Below the pieces are notes generated by a model. That model was not told where the DNA came from. It searched no databases and saw nothing but the letters and a program-made list of their open reading frames with translations. Made by a program: the position numbers and the translations under genes. From an uncultured Pirellulales bacterium (GTDB taxonomy: Bacteria; Planctomycetota; Phycisphaerae; Sedimentisphaerales; Anaerobacaceae), in contig CAZFDE010000005.1 in NCBI GenBank assembly GCA_964517795.1, positions 3,701-67,700 of the forward strand: a stretch of 64,000 nucleotides of DNA. The letters run 5' to 3'. Of the stretch, positions 21,737 to 32,296 are shown one piece after another; position 1 is the first letter of the stretch; the number at the start of each line of letters is the position of its first letter.

Positions 21737-23860
21737 ATGAAGCCGTTTGTCATTCTTATTTTGCTGAATTTAGTCTATCTCACATCGGCAACGACATACT
21801 ATGTCGATGTCGATGCCGAGACGGGCGGCAATGGGACAAGTCCTTCCCTAACCGGACCGAACGCCGCCTGGCAAGATACACGCGATATTGTTGGAATTCA
21901 ACCGGGGGACACCATCTTATTTGAACGTGGGGATATCTGGGATAGCTATTTGCCTGTTAAAATATCCGGTGAACCGAATACTTATATTACCTACGGGGCC
22001 TATGGTGCCGGGGAAAAGCCGCTGATCGATGTCAGCCAATCTCAAGTCGGCGTACCGGCCATATGGATACGTGGTGTGGATTATGTTGAAGTGCGGGATT
22101 TTCGATTAAAAGGCAATGGCGGTTTTGGTGTTGTTGACATAAGGCATGGTACCGAAAAACCTGCAAGCGGCGCGATGGGAACCGGGTATACGATTACAAT
22201 CCGCAACATTGACATCCTCTCAAATTATGGCGCCAGTAGTGGCAATCATGATGGTTTTTCGGTAAGAGCAAAAGATACGAGCGATTCATCTCAGGTTTTA
22301 TTTTATAATATTAGTGCAACAAAGTGCAGACATGAAACGGAGCCGGGCGGCAGTCATCAATGTCTCACCTTGCATCAAAACAGCAAGGCCAAAGTTTATG
22401 GTGCTGTGTTTTCAGATAGTGTAAGCTGGTATGCGGCCACCAATGGCAGCCAGGTTGAATTCTACAATATTTATGCCGACTCTCCAACCGCAGGGGGTCT
22501 GGTTGCGACTGACAGTGCGACGCAGGCATATGAAATTTATGTGACGGACAGTACACTCATCGCCAATCATAATGCGAAGCTGTTTACCGCGAGTTCCGCT
22601 TCTTCTTTAGCGGGCGATCGGATCATCATTGAAAATTCCAAACTCATTGCGGAAAGTACATCACCGACGGCAAATGCCGGAAATGTAAAGTTAAAGCATT
22701 GTGAGTTCGTCATCCATGATCCCAATTGGCTGTTTTCGCAAGTCCGCGGCACCCTTACGCTGGAAGATAATAAGGTGGTCTATGGCGGCCCCGGCCAGGT
22801 TTCGAATTTTGTCAATCTACTTTCGCAGGGACGGGTGATTGCCACCGGCAATCTCTTCGAAATTGTTCATGCGGACAATTCTCTTTTTTATGTGCGCATG
22901 TATGCCAGTGCGTTTCAATCCGATATACAGAATAATATTTTTACCCATGTTCATCATGCCGGGCAGATGTTTACTGTTGCGGATGATGCTGTTGCCCCTC
23001 GAATTATCAACAATACTTTTTATAGTCCTTCCTCGGGCGGTGTCGGGGTTCGACTGCTGCACAATGGCGATGAGCCCGAGGGCCACAGGCTTATCCTTCA
23101 CAATAATATCTTTTACAATTTACAGGATGCTGTTATTCATTCGGATGCCGCCGTAATGCTGTCCAACTATAATTGTTATGATCATACACCGGTTCTTATG
23201 GATGCGTATTTCATTACACAAGATCCATGCTTTGTCAATCCCGATGCAAACGATTTTCACCTTCAATCTCAGGGGTGGCGATATGATCCCGAGCAGGGGT
23301 GGACATGGGATTCAACAAGCAGTCGCTGTATTGATGCAGGAAATCCCCAGTATGATCTTGCAGATGAACCCCTGCATTTGGAATCAGACCCGACCAATCG
23401 GTGGGGTGTCAATCGGCGAATCAATCAGGGCGCGTATGGAGGAACATCTCAGGCCAGCATGGCCCCCCAACGATGGGCATTAAGAGCGGATCTGAATAAT
23501 GACGGTACGGTGAACACCGGCGATTTGATCATCTTTTTATCGATGTGGCTTGGACAGGACTCATTTATACCGGCGGATTTTAATCGTAACGGAGTTGTCG
23601 AAATGGTCGATTTTAATATCCTGGCGGATGATTGGCATCGAGAGACGCTGTGGCATTCCGGTGCCAATCCTATCAACATTGATCTTGTCCGCGATAATCA
23701 TATCGATTTTTCTGATTATGCATTTTTCACATCTTATTGGTTAACGTCCGACTGCAATCTGGCAAATCGATGGTGTGAACATGCGGATACGGACCACAAT
23801 ACCAAAGTCGATCAAGCTGATTTAGCTCCACTGATTCAAGAATGGTTGAAACTGTATTAA
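21737..23860 (+). CDS. Secreted right-handed beta-helix (pectate-lyase-fold) protein with three C-terminal dockerin-like repeats
   Basis: Signal peptide MKPFVILILLNLVYLTSA. Repetitive beta-helix-type segments (NNIF.., INNTFY, HNNIFYN). Ca-binding-type repeats DLNNDGTVNTGDLIIF, DFNRNGVVEMVDFNIL and DTDHNTKVDQADLAPL. Confidence 0.6.
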   Translation: MKPFVILILLNLVYLTSATTYYVDVDAETGGNGTSPSLTGPNAAWQDTRDIVGIQPGDTILFERGDIWDSYLPVKISGEPNTYITYGAYGAGEKPLIDVSQSQVGVPAIWIRGVDYVEVRDFRLKGNGGFGVVDIRHGTEKPASGAMGTGYTITIRNIDILSNYGASSGNHDGFSVRAKDTSDSSQVLFYNISATKCRHETEPGGSHQCLTLHQNSKAKVYGAVFSDSVSWYAATNGSQVEFYNIYADSPTAGGLVATDSATQAYEIYVTDSTLIANHNAKLFTASSASSLAGDRIIIENSKLIAESTSPTANAGNVKLKHCEFVIHDPNWLFSQVRGTLTLEDNKVVYGGPGQVSNFVNLLSQGRVIATGNLFEIVHADNSLFYVRMYASAFQSDIQNNIFTHVHHAGQMFTVADDAVAPRIINNTFYSPSSGGVGVRLLHNGDEPEGHRLILHNNIFYNLQDAVIHSDAAVMLSNYNCYDHTPVLMDAYFITQDPCFVNPDANDFHLQSQGWRYDPEQGWTWDSTSSRCIDAGNPQYDLADEPLHLESDPTNRWGVNRRINQGAYGGTSQASMAPQRWALRADLNNDGTVNTGDLIIFLSMWLGQDSFIPADFNRNGVVEMVDFNILADDWHRETLWHSGANPINIDLVRDNHIDFSDYAFFTSYWLTSDCNLANRWCEHADTDHNTKVDQADLAPLIQEWLKLY

Positions 23861-23867
23861 GGTTCAC

Positions 23868-26639
23868 ATGAATTTGGAAATTCAGAAAGACAGCTTATCC
23901 TTATCGCTGGTGATTGTTTTATTGGCCTGCAGTTCGAGTTTTGCAGATCAAGTAAAAGCGCCAGAAGGTCCGATAGTAAACAAAATGTCCGCAGAATTAA
24001 CTGCTGTTTTTTCAGATTCCAATACATGGTCTTTTAATGCGTATTGGCGGCCTAACATTAAGGTGCCAAAAGATTTTTATATGGCGGATCACGGCCCTTA
24101 TATGAGAATAACGAAGGAAGGCGTCGCGAAATTAAAACAAACCGGTTTATACGAGCGTTTCATACCCGGCCACATTAATTCGGATCTGGTTCAATATTTT
24201 CTTCCGGAGCAGCGCGGAAGATTAAACAATATTTATATTAAAAAAATGATCGAACGGATTTTGCAAAATCAGTGGCCGGTGCATACACTTTTTTATTGTC
24301 GATTTCAAGGCAATCCGCCTCCAACTGAGCGATTTATTGATATTATCGGTGATCAGTGGATCGGCGACGGGCAGCCGGAAACGGTATACCGTCTTGAGCC
24401 GGTATTTCATTTCCTCAAAACCGGCCGCCGATGGAACGGCTCTTCCATGTATTTGTGGGATGAAACATTAGCGGAAGCTTTTTTTGAGGATGAACTTATT
24501 CCAAGGCTGAAGAATGAACTGCCCTTTGTTCAGAACATCCAACACAAATGGACGCGAAGTGAGTTGAGGAGGTTAAGTGATCTTTATTGTGAGGAATTTT
24601 GTCGGCCTACAAAACGCCCAATTGCGTGGGGGATGTACGTTGGAAGCTATCATATGGCTTCGATGCCTAATGTTGTAACCGTTGCTGAAAAAGGGTGCGA
24701 CCCGTTAAATAGTGCCCGGTCCAGGGGGATGCAGAGGCAATTTAAGGGAAATGAATATTCGATGGTATGGCAGGGGCATAGCCCGATCGAAAAATATTGT
24801 TATCCGACAAATGCCAAATTTCTTATCAATCGGGACCATTGGGGAGTACCGTTACCTTTATTACGATATTATATTTGGCGACCATATCTAACCGGTGCTC
24901 ATTATTATACCAACGAAACACTTCCCTCTGGTTGTATCCAGGATGTTGAAGGTGATGAACAATACGAACTCTCAACGATCGGGCATGTCGTGAAAGATAT
25001 GCTTGATTTCACCGATCGACACCCCCAAAGGGGTATTATCTATTCGCCAATTGGTTTAATGTTAGATTACAGCAGAGCTTTGAGTGCTTTCGGAAAGTCC
25101 TATTCTCGGAAAATCATCAATGATGATGCAGATGATATGACAGCGTGTATCTTAAATGCACTTTTCCCAGAACCCCCCCAAATCGCCGGTTCAGGCCCTC
25201 ATGGGAGCACTTATTTCAGAGCGGCCCCCTATGGGGAATTATTTGACCTCTTAAAGCCGAACAAGCCCGACAGTATGATTGAATCGAAAGCATTAGAAAA
25301 CTACAAAATCCTGTTTGCTTTAGGCGGGATGACATTTAATGAACATTTTTCAAAAATCATAAAAGATTATGTCGCTCAAGGGGGTGTTTTTGTGATCAAT
25401 GCCTCCGATATCACCGAATATATCGAAGGTGATTTTACAGGGCTTACGCTTAAAGGAAAAAAAACGGTTGAGGCGGGAGGTGAAATTATATGTAAGGAAT
25501 ATGATTTCGCAAGCATCGAAAAGCAATATACCTTAAATACGGTTCATTTGAAAAGTGCTGAGGTGATTTATGAAAATAGCGACGGAGATCCGGTTGTTGT
25601 TGTGAATCGCTACGGCCAGGGCCATGTTATTACACTGCTGCCTCACTATGGGTTAGCCGATCAAAGAGAATTGATCGTCACACCCCGTGGGCATACGTAT
25701 AGTCAAAAGATGATTTTGCGTTTTATGCAGCATTTTTTGCAACAGTTGTCAACCAAAGCCGTGCCTGTCCAAGTCAAGATTCCGGACGGTTTTGAAAGAA
25801 ACTTTGGGTGGCTTCTTTCGAAAAAGGATGCGAACTGGATCGTTACATTATTCAATTATTCCTGTGATCGCGAAACGGGTATTGCAAAAATTTATGGTAC
25901 CGGAAAAGCGGTTGTTGAGTACCCTTTAAAAGAAGTTCCATTTGAAATTCTGTGTACTGAGCCGACCGCCGATGTAATGGAGTGGTATAATGACCGTGAT
26001 GTTCGATGGAAGAAAGCAGGTTCAAAAGCGGTTGTTTCTGAAACCATGCATGGGGGTGAAATTCGTGTTTATGAGTTTAGTCCTGACAAGATTAAACCGG
26101 TTTCTCGGAAGCGATACTTGAATTATGCCAAAAATGCCAAGGTTACTTCATCGTCGTATCGAGATGGCTATGAACCCTGGCGCGCTGTGGACGGCAAGAT
26201 CGATGAAAACAGTTATTGGTGGTCGGATGTCGATTCCACGACAAAAAGGGTATTTGAAATGCCCCAGACGCTGACGATTGATCTGGGCGAAGCAAAAACG
26301 ATCGATCATATTTTTATTCTTTGGAAATTTTTCCCACAGGATACTTTAGCAACACGCCTGCATATAAATAAATACGTGATTGATGTCTCATTAGACGGCA
26401 AAGTGTGGGATCGGGTTTTCGATGAGAGTGAAAATGAGGATAACGCATCTGCCGAGGGACTGGAGCGATGGTTTGCCTCGATACGCGCCCGCTATGTTCG
26501 ATTAACAGTGCTTCGAAGTTCGTCATTTGACGGTGCCCGTCTGATCGAATTAAAAGTGATGGGGCCAAAAACAGAATACTATCAGCCGGTACGAAATTCC
26601 GTTGATTATCGTAATCCGTTATTTCAGTTGGTACGCTGA
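23868..26639 (+). CDS. Secreted 923-aa protein of unknown function with a C-terminal F5/8 type C (discoidin)-like domain
   Basis: N-terminal hydrophobic signal. The C-terminal AKVTSSSYRDGYEPWRAVDGKIDENSYWWSD ... RYVRLTVL pattern is typical of discoidin/CBM32-like domains. Confidence 0.5.
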   Translation: MNLEIQKDSLSLSLVIVLLACSSSFADQVKAPEGPIVNKMSAELTAVFSDSNTWSFNAYWRPNIKVPKDFYMADHGPYMRITKEGVAKLKQTGLYERFIPGHINSDLVQYFLPEQRGRLNNIYIKKMIERILQNQWPVHTLFYCRFQGNPPPTERFIDIIGDQWIGDGQPETVYRLEPVFHFLKTGRRWNGSSMYLWDETLAEAFFEDELIPRLKNELPFVQNIQHKWTRSELRRLSDLYCEEFCRPTKRPIAWGMYVGSYHMASMPNVVTVAEKGCDPLNSARSRGMQRQFKGNEYSMVWQGHSPIEKYCYPTNAKFLINRDHWGVPLPLLRYYIWRPYLTGAHYYTNETLPSGCIQDVEGDEQYELSTIGHVVKDMLDFTDRHPQRGIIYSPIGLMLDYSRALSAFGKSYSRKIINDDADDMTACILNALFPEPPQIAGSGPHGSTYFRAAPYGELFDLLKPNKPDSMIESKALENYKILFALGGMTFNEHFSKIIKDYVAQGGVFVINASDITEYIEGDFTGLTLKGKKTVEAGGEIICKEYDFASIEKQYTLNTVHLKSAEVIYENSDGDPVVVVNRYGQGHVITLLPHYGLADQRELIVTPRGHTYSQKMILRFMQHFLQQLSTKAVPVQVKIPDGFERNFGWLLSKKDANWIVTLFNYSCDRETGIAKIYGTGKAVVEYPLKEVPFEILCTEPTADVMEWYNDRDVRWKKAGSKAVVSETMHGGEIRVYEFSPDKIKPVSRKRYLNYAKNAKVTSSSYRDGYEPWRAVDGKIDENSYWWSDVDSTTKRVFEMPQTLTIDLGEAKTIDHIFILWKFFPQDTLATRLHINKYVIDVSLDGKVWDRVFDESENEDNASAEGLERWFASIRARYVRLTVLRSSSFDGARLIELKVMGPKTEYYQPVRNSVDYRNPLFQLVR

Positions 26640-26664
26640 CTTTTTCTGAAGAGACAAAGATTCA

Positions 26665-27834
26665 ATGGCTTTAAGAGTAGCTATCATTGCACATGCATGT
26701 CGTTCCGGCGGGGGTTTATTCCAAACCCAAAACCTGTTCGATGCGTTTAAGCGGGTGACGAACGATGAAGAATTTTTTTGGGTTTTTTCGGAAGGTGTCG
26801 GGTTCGATAAAATTGAATTACCAACACATAGTCAGGTATATACATATCGCGGACGACACAATATGGTTGAGCGATACGCGTTTGAATTGATTCAATTGCC
26901 AAAAATGGTAAAGGATTTTCAAGCAGATGTGATTTACAGCCCTGTCAATATCGGGTTAACGAATCCCGGTGTTCCCCAGGCATTATTCATACGAAATGCA
27001 TATTTGTTTTATCCCAAAAAATATTATCCCGATTTAAATTGTCGATTACGGTTAAGAATTCAATCGTTAAAAATGCAACTTCGAAAGTCGTTAAAAAAAA
27101 CACAATTAATATTCTGCCAAACCCCCGTTGTTAAAAAGCGATTTTCACAATACTATCATTATCCACCTGAAAACATTTGTGTTTTGGGATTTCCACCGCC
27201 TGCAGAAATAAACATCGAAACAAAAAATGAAAGGCCCGCTATTTATGAAGCGGCAGGTAAACATTTTAATATATTGATGATGTGTTCCTACATGCCTCAT
27301 AAAAATCCGGCTGTATTGATTTCCTTATGCAAAACATATGGTGCAGATTTCAGAAAACGCCGAATTCGCTTTGTTACAACAGTTGAACCGTCTGAGCATC
27401 CGAATGCGCCGTTGTTTCTTCGGGATATACAGCGTTTCGGCTGCGAAGATTTGATTATCAATAACGGATCGATTGCCAGGGAGAATGTGGCTGGTTTTAT
27501 ATCTCATTGCGAGGCATTTTGGTTGCCGACGCTTCTGGAATGCTTGTCCACGACTCATCTTGAAGCATTGGCACTGAATGTTCCGGTGCTTGCCCCGGAT
27601 ATTGATTTTGCTCAACACGTGTGTGGCCAGGCTGCGGTATATTATGACCCATGGGATATCGATTCGATTTACGCGGGAATTATTCAGTTATATGAGAACC
27701 CGGCTCTGCGAAATAGATTAACAGAAAAAGGCCGTCAACAACTCCAGGACAATATAAAATTCCCTCAAAATTGGGACGAAGTAGCGCAAACGACACTAAG
27801 CCGGCTACGGGGCCTTGCGCATAAGTCGTTTTAA
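26665..27834 (+). CDS. Glycosyltransferase family 4-like
   Basis: GT-B C-terminal motif ECLSTTHLEALALNVPVLAPD, and its position in the cluster. Confidence 0.7.
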   Translation: MALRVAIIAHACRSGGGLFQTQNLFDAFKRVTNDEEFFWVFSEGVGFDKIELPTHSQVYTYRGRHNMVERYAFELIQLPKMVKDFQADVIYSPVNIGLTNPGVPQALFIRNAYLFYPKKYYPDLNCRLRLRIQSLKMQLRKSLKKTQLIFCQTPVVKKRFSQYYHYPPENICVLGFPPPAEINIETKNERPAIYEAAGKHFNILMMCSYMPHKNPAVLISLCKTYGADFRKRRIRFVTTVEPSEHPNAPLFLRDIQRFGCEDLIINNGSIARENVAGFISHCEAFWLPTLLECLSTTHLEALALNVPVLAPDIDFAQHVCGQAAVYYDPWDIDSIYAGIIQLYENPALRNRLTEKGRQQLQDNIKFPQNWDEVAQTTLSRLRGLAHKSF

Positions 27835-27924
27835 TTAAAGTGCATACGTAAGGTTGTTTTTGAGGTCAAATCGTGATATACTTTTGGGTTTCTAACTTGA
27901 ACAAGATTAACTGAAAGTGCAGAT

Positions 27925-28821
27925 GTGAAGAAAAGAATACTCGTTTTTGGTGCTGCGGGGATGTTGGGGCATAAACTCTATCAGCAGTTGGGGTCGCATT
28001 ATGAAGTTTATGGAACACTTCGCGGCAGTGCCGCCAATTATCAAAAATACGGCATCTATGATCCTGAATCGTTATTTCCTCATTTAGACATTTCCGATTA
28101 TGATGGGGTTATCCGTGTTATTTCCGAGGTAAAACCCCATGTGGTTATTAATTGCATCGGGGTAATCAAACAGCTTAAAACCGCAAAAGATCCTATTGTA
28201 ACGTTAAAGATTAACTCTTTGTGGCCGCACCAGTTAGCCAATCTTTGTCAAGCCGCCGGCGCCCGAATGTTTCATATCAGTACAGATTGTGTTTTTTCCG
28301 GAAGCAAGGGAATGTATACGGAAGAAGATGTTTCAGACGCCAAAGATTTGTATGGCCGGACAAAATTTTTGGGAGAAGTTAACAGAGAAGGGGCCTTGAC
28401 GTTAAGAACTTCTATTATTGGCAGGGAACTGGCGACTGCAAGCGGCCTGGTAGAGTGGTTTTTGAGTAATCAAAACGGTCACGTCAAAGGATTTAAAAAA
28501 GCCATTTATACGGGTTTTACAACCATTGAATTGTCAAAGATCATCATGAATTTAATCGAACATTTTCCGAACTTGTCGGGCTTATACCAAGTTTCGTCTG
28601 ATCCGATCGATAAATATACATTGCTGAATTTAGTGAATCAGGCATTTGGGCTGAATATTAAAATTGAGCCGGATGAGCAGTTCTGTATTGACCGAAGTCT
28701 TGACGGTAGCCGATTTAGGAAAACATGTAATTTTACGCCTCCTTCCTGGCAGAGTATGATCAGTGAAATGGCTAATGATACGACGTCGTATGAACGATGG
28801 CATTCTCAGTTTAGTTCGTAA
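27925..28821 (+). CDS. RmlD-like SDR reductase (4-reductase of a UDP-2-acetamido-2,6-dideoxy-L-hexose pathway)
   Basis: Motifs ILVFGAAGMLGHKL, HISTDCVFSG..GMYTEED and YGRTKFLGE, which are RmlD substrate-binding family motifs. GTG start. Confidence 0.7.
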   Translation: MKKRILVFGAAGMLGHKLYQQLGSHYEVYGTLRGSAANYQKYGIYDPESLFPHLDISDYDGVIRVISEVKPHVVINCIGVIKQLKTAKDPIVTLKINSLWPHQLANLCQAAGARMFHISTDCVFSGSKGMYTEEDVSDAKDLYGRTKFLGEVNREGALTLRTSIIGRELATASGLVEWFLSNQNGHVKGFKKAIYTGFTTIELSKIIMNLIEHFPNLSGLYQVSSDPIDKYTLLNLVNQAFGLNIKIEPDEQFCIDRSLDGSRFRKTCNFTPPSWQSMISEMANDTTSYERWHSQFSS

Positions 28822-28850
28822 GGCAGACTTGGAAAGAAAGTGAGGTAAAG

Positions 28851-29879
28851 GTGGACGGTTTAAAAGGTAAAACGGTCTTAATTCCCGGGGGGACCGGTTC
28901 TTTTGGCAATGCTGTACTGGATGGATTGCTGCAGAGTGATTGCGCGGAAATCCGCATTTTCAGCAGGGATGAATGGAAGCAGGAGATGATGCGGATCAAG
29001 TACTCTAATCCAAGGCTCAAATTCTATATCGGCGATGTCAGAGACAAGGACGGTGTAGATCATGTTATGGATGGGGTGGATTTGGTATTCCATGCCGCGG
29101 CACTTAAACAAGTGCCCTCATGTGAATTTTTTCCGATGCAGGCGGTGATGACGAATATCATCGGCAGTCATAATGTCGTGACTTCAGCGATCGAGCACGG
29201 TGTTGACAAAGTGGTCTGCCTTAGCACGGATAAGGCGGCCTACCCGATAAATGCGATGGGCATGACTAAAGCCCTGATGGAGAAAGTCGCGCTTTCGGCA
29301 ACACGGATGATAACCCGTGCCAAAACGACAGTGTGTTGTGTTCGTTACGGCAATGTGATGTGCTCCCGCGGTTCGGTCATCCCCCTGTTTATCGGCCAAA
29401 TCCGCCACAATGAGCCGGTAACGATTACCGTGCCGCACATGACCCGTTTTTTATTGCCGTTGCGAGATGCGGTGGCATTGGTGTTGTTTGCGTTTCAACA
29501 TGCCACCCAGGGAGATCTGTTCATTAAAAAAGCACCGGCCTGTACGATTCTCGATCTGGCCAAAGCAGTCAAAAATATTTTTCATTCGGATGTAAAGGAA
29601 GAAATTATTGGTATTCGTCATGGTGAAAAAATTTATGAAACGCTGGCAACGCGTGAAGAACTGGTCCGATCTGAAGATATGGGAGATTATTATCGAATCA
29701 GGCTTGATGATCGAGATTTGAATTATGTCAACTATGGAAAATACTTTACAGAAGGATCAGTCGAAGAAACGAAACTGGATGATTACACATCGCATAACAC
29801 AGAACAATTGACTGTTTCTCAAGTGGAGGAACTCTTGTTGAGTCTGCCGGAAATTCAGAAAGAACTTCAGCAAGGGTAA
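28851..29879 (+). CDS. UDP-N-acetylglucosamine 4,6-dehydratase/5-epimerase (CapE/FnlA/WbvB type)
   Basis: Motifs GGTGSFGNAV and STDKAAYPINAMGMTKALMEK, with a length of 342 aa. GTG start. Confidence 0.85.
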   Translation: MDGLKGKTVLIPGGTGSFGNAVLDGLLQSDCAEIRIFSRDEWKQEMMRIKYSNPRLKFYIGDVRDKDGVDHVMDGVDLVFHAAALKQVPSCEFFPMQAVMTNIIGSHNVVTSAIEHGVDKVVCLSTDKAAYPINAMGMTKALMEKVALSATRMITRAKTTVCCVRYGNVMCSRGSVIPLFIGQIRHNEPVTITVPHMTRFLLPLRDAVALVLFAFQHATQGDLFIKKAPACTILDLAKAVKNIFHSDVKEEIIGIRHGEKIYETLATREELVRSEDMGDYYRIRLDDRDLNYVNYGKYFTEGSVEETKLDDYTSHNTEQLTVSQVEELLLSLPEIQKELQQG

Positions 29880-29916
29880 TATGCTTTATCATTTCATAGT
29901 TGGATAACGAGCGAAA

Positions 29917-31059
29917 ATGAATCAAACAATTAAAGTGATCACGATCGTAGGGACTCGTCCGGAGATTATCAGGCTTTCTGAGACGATCCGTTTACTGGAC
30001 ACATTTACCGATCATCTTTTGGTCCATACCGGCCAAAACTATGATTATGAGCTCAATGAGATCTTTTTTGAAGATCTGGGCGTGCGAAAACCGGATTATT
30101 TCATGAATGTCGATACGACCAGTTTGGGGCATGTTTACGGCGGAGTGATGGTTGCGGCCGAACAGATACTTCGAAAGGAACAACCTGATGCCGTTTTGAT
30201 TTTAGGCGACACCAACAGTTCGATCGCCTGTATCATGGCGAAGCGGCTAAAAATACCGATTTTTCATATGGAAGCAGGCAATCGATGTTTTGATTTCAAT
30301 GTTCCCGAAGAGATCAATCGGCGCATCATCGATCATATCAGCGATTTTAACCTTGTCTATACCGAACATGCCCGTCGCAACCTGATCGCTGAAGGACTGC
30401 CGTCCAGACGAATCCATCTAACCGGTTCACCACTAAAAGAAGTGCTCTCTCGGCATATGCAGCGCATTGCGTCATCCGATGTTTTGCAAAAACTAAAGTT
30501 GGAGCCTAAACAGTATTTTCTGGTCAGTATGCATCGTGAAGAAAACGTGGATAACAGCCGGAATTTGACCGATTTACTTTCTGCATTGGAATCGCTTCAC
30601 GGCGAATTCAACTATCCGGTGATTGTATCCACCCATCCACGGACGCGGAAGCGGCTGGAAAATCTGGATAAAGAGATTCATAGCGGTATCCGGTTCTTAA
30701 AACCGTTTGGTTTTGTGGATTATGTCCATTTACAGATGAATGCGGCCTGCGTGCTCTCCGACAGCGGCACGATTAGTGAAGAGTCGGCAATACTTGATTT
30801 TCCGGCCGTAACAATACGTAATTCGATGGAACGCCCCGAAGCGATCGATGCAGGAACTATGATCATGACGGGTATGGATGCCGATGTGATCCGATCCGCG
30901 GTTCGATTGCAGATATCGTCAGAGAATCAGGCGGCCGAAGCAACACTCCCGTCCGAATACCAAGTACAGGATGTTTCATTCAGGGTGGTTAAGCTTATTT
31001 TGGGGGCAGCGAGATTGAGCAATCGGTGGGATGGTATACAAATCAATGATCTAACATAA
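29917..31059 (+). CDS. UDP-2-acetamido-2,6-dideoxy-hexose 2-epimerase (CapG/FnlC/WbvD type)
   Basis: 2-epimerase motifs GTRPEIIRL, HTGQNYDYELNEIFF, GDTNSS and HMEAGNRCFD. It is the second epimerase_2 paralogue in the cluster and lies next to the CapE-like gene. Confidence 0.85.
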   Translation: MNQTIKVITIVGTRPEIIRLSETIRLLDTFTDHLLVHTGQNYDYELNEIFFEDLGVRKPDYFMNVDTTSLGHVYGGVMVAAEQILRKEQPDAVLILGDTNSSIACIMAKRLKIPIFHMEAGNRCFDFNVPEEINRRIIDHISDFNLVYTEHARRNLIAEGLPSRRIHLTGSPLKEVLSRHMQRIASSDVLQKLKLEPKQYFLVSMHREENVDNSRNLTDLLSALESLHGEFNYPVIVSTHPRTRKRLENLDKEIHSGIRFLKPFGFVDYVHLQMNAACVLSDSGTISEESAILDFPAVTIRNSMERPEAIDAGTMIMTGMDADVIRSAVRLQISSENQAAEATLPSEYQVQDVSFRVVKLILGAARLSNRWDGIQINDLT

Positions 31060-31060
31060 A

Positions 31061-32296
31061 ATGCGTATTCTTTTTATTACTCATTATTTTCAACCTGAGC
31101 CCAATTTTTTTATGGGGTTACCTTTTGCGAAAGAACTCCGGCGTCGGGGTCATCATATTCAGGTTCTGACGGGCTTTCCAAACTATCCCGGCGGGAAGAT
31201 ATATCATGGCTATAAAATAAAAGCTCGTATGACAGAAGTAATGGATGGTATTCCGATTATCAGGGTGCCATTATACCCCAGTCATGATCATTCCACGATA
31301 AAAAGGATTATTACTTATGTAACATTCGCACTTTCGGCTTCGGTTATTGGAACATTCAGTGTTGATAAAGCAGATGTGGCCTATGTTACACAAGGTCCGG
31401 CTACGATTGGTTATCCCGCCGAAATCATAAAGCTTATACGTCGTATTCCTTTTGTTTATGATATTAAAGATTTATGGCCTGATAGTTTGACAGCGACAGG
31501 AATGTTCGACAGCCGATTCGGCATGAAACTTGCAAACGCATGGTGTAAAATGACCTATAAATGGGCGGAAAAAATTACCGTCTGTACACCGGGCTACAAA
31601 AAAACATTGATTGAGCGGGGGGTGCCGGCTCAAAAAATTGAAGTGATATACAATTGGTGTGATCGTCATATCGTCACTCTTCCCCGCGATGAAGATTTAA
31701 TGGCAGCATTGCGTCTGGAGAATAAATTTATCATTACATATGCCGGCAACATTGGCAAAGCGCAAGCGATGGAGGTTGTGATCAAAGCGGCCGAAACATT
31801 AAAAGGTATGATTCCAGCCGTATGTTTTTTGATGGTTGGATCAGGAGTGGATTATAAATCGCTGAAACAGACGGCAGAGCAAAAAAAGCTTGATAATGTT
31901 CGATTTCTTGGCAGAAAACCCGTCGATCAGATTGCGTCATATTTGAGTATATCGGATGCTTTGCTGGTGCACCTGAAAAATACCCCGTTGTTTAAGATTA
32001 CGATACCCGGTAAAACTGAAGCTTATTTGGCGGCCGGAAAGCCCATATTAACGGGGGTGGGCGGGGACGCCAATGATATCGTCGAGAAGGCAAATGCAGG
32101 TATTGCGTTTGAATCAGAAAATGCAGAGGGGCTTGTCGAGGCGGTAGCAACGTTATTCAATATGAGCCCCGAACAGCGACGGCAAATGGGTGAAAATGGT
32201 TCAAGGTTTTATCAAGAGAATGTTTCATTTGAAATTGGTGTTGATAAATTTGAAAAGGTGTTCAATGCTCTATATAACAAAAAAGGAAAAGAATGA
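31061..32296 (+). CDS. wbuB: Glycosyltransferase family 4, WbuB-like (L-hexosamine transferase)
   Basis: N-terminal MRILFITHYFQPEPN motif typical of WbuB. It sits immediately after the FnlC-like gene, as in O-antigen loci. Confidence 0.75.
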   Translation: MRILFITHYFQPEPNFFMGLPFAKELRRRGHHIQVLTGFPNYPGGKIYHGYKIKARMTEVMDGIPIIRVPLYPSHDHSTIKRIITYVTFALSASVIGTFSVDKADVAYVTQGPATIGYPAEIIKLIRRIPFVYDIKDLWPDSLTATGMFDSRFGMKLANAWCKMTYKWAEKITVCTPGYKKTLIERGVPAQKIEVIYNWCDRHIVTLPRDEDLMAALRLENKFIITYAGNIGKAQAMEVVIKAAETLKGMIPAVCFLMVGSGVDYKSLKQTAEQKKLDNVRFLGRKPVDQIASYLSISDALLVHLKNTPLFKITIPGKTEAYLAAGKPILTGVGGDANDIVEKANAGIAFESENAEGLVEAVATLFNMSPEQRRQMGENGSRFYQENVSFEIGVDKFEKVFNALYNKKGKE

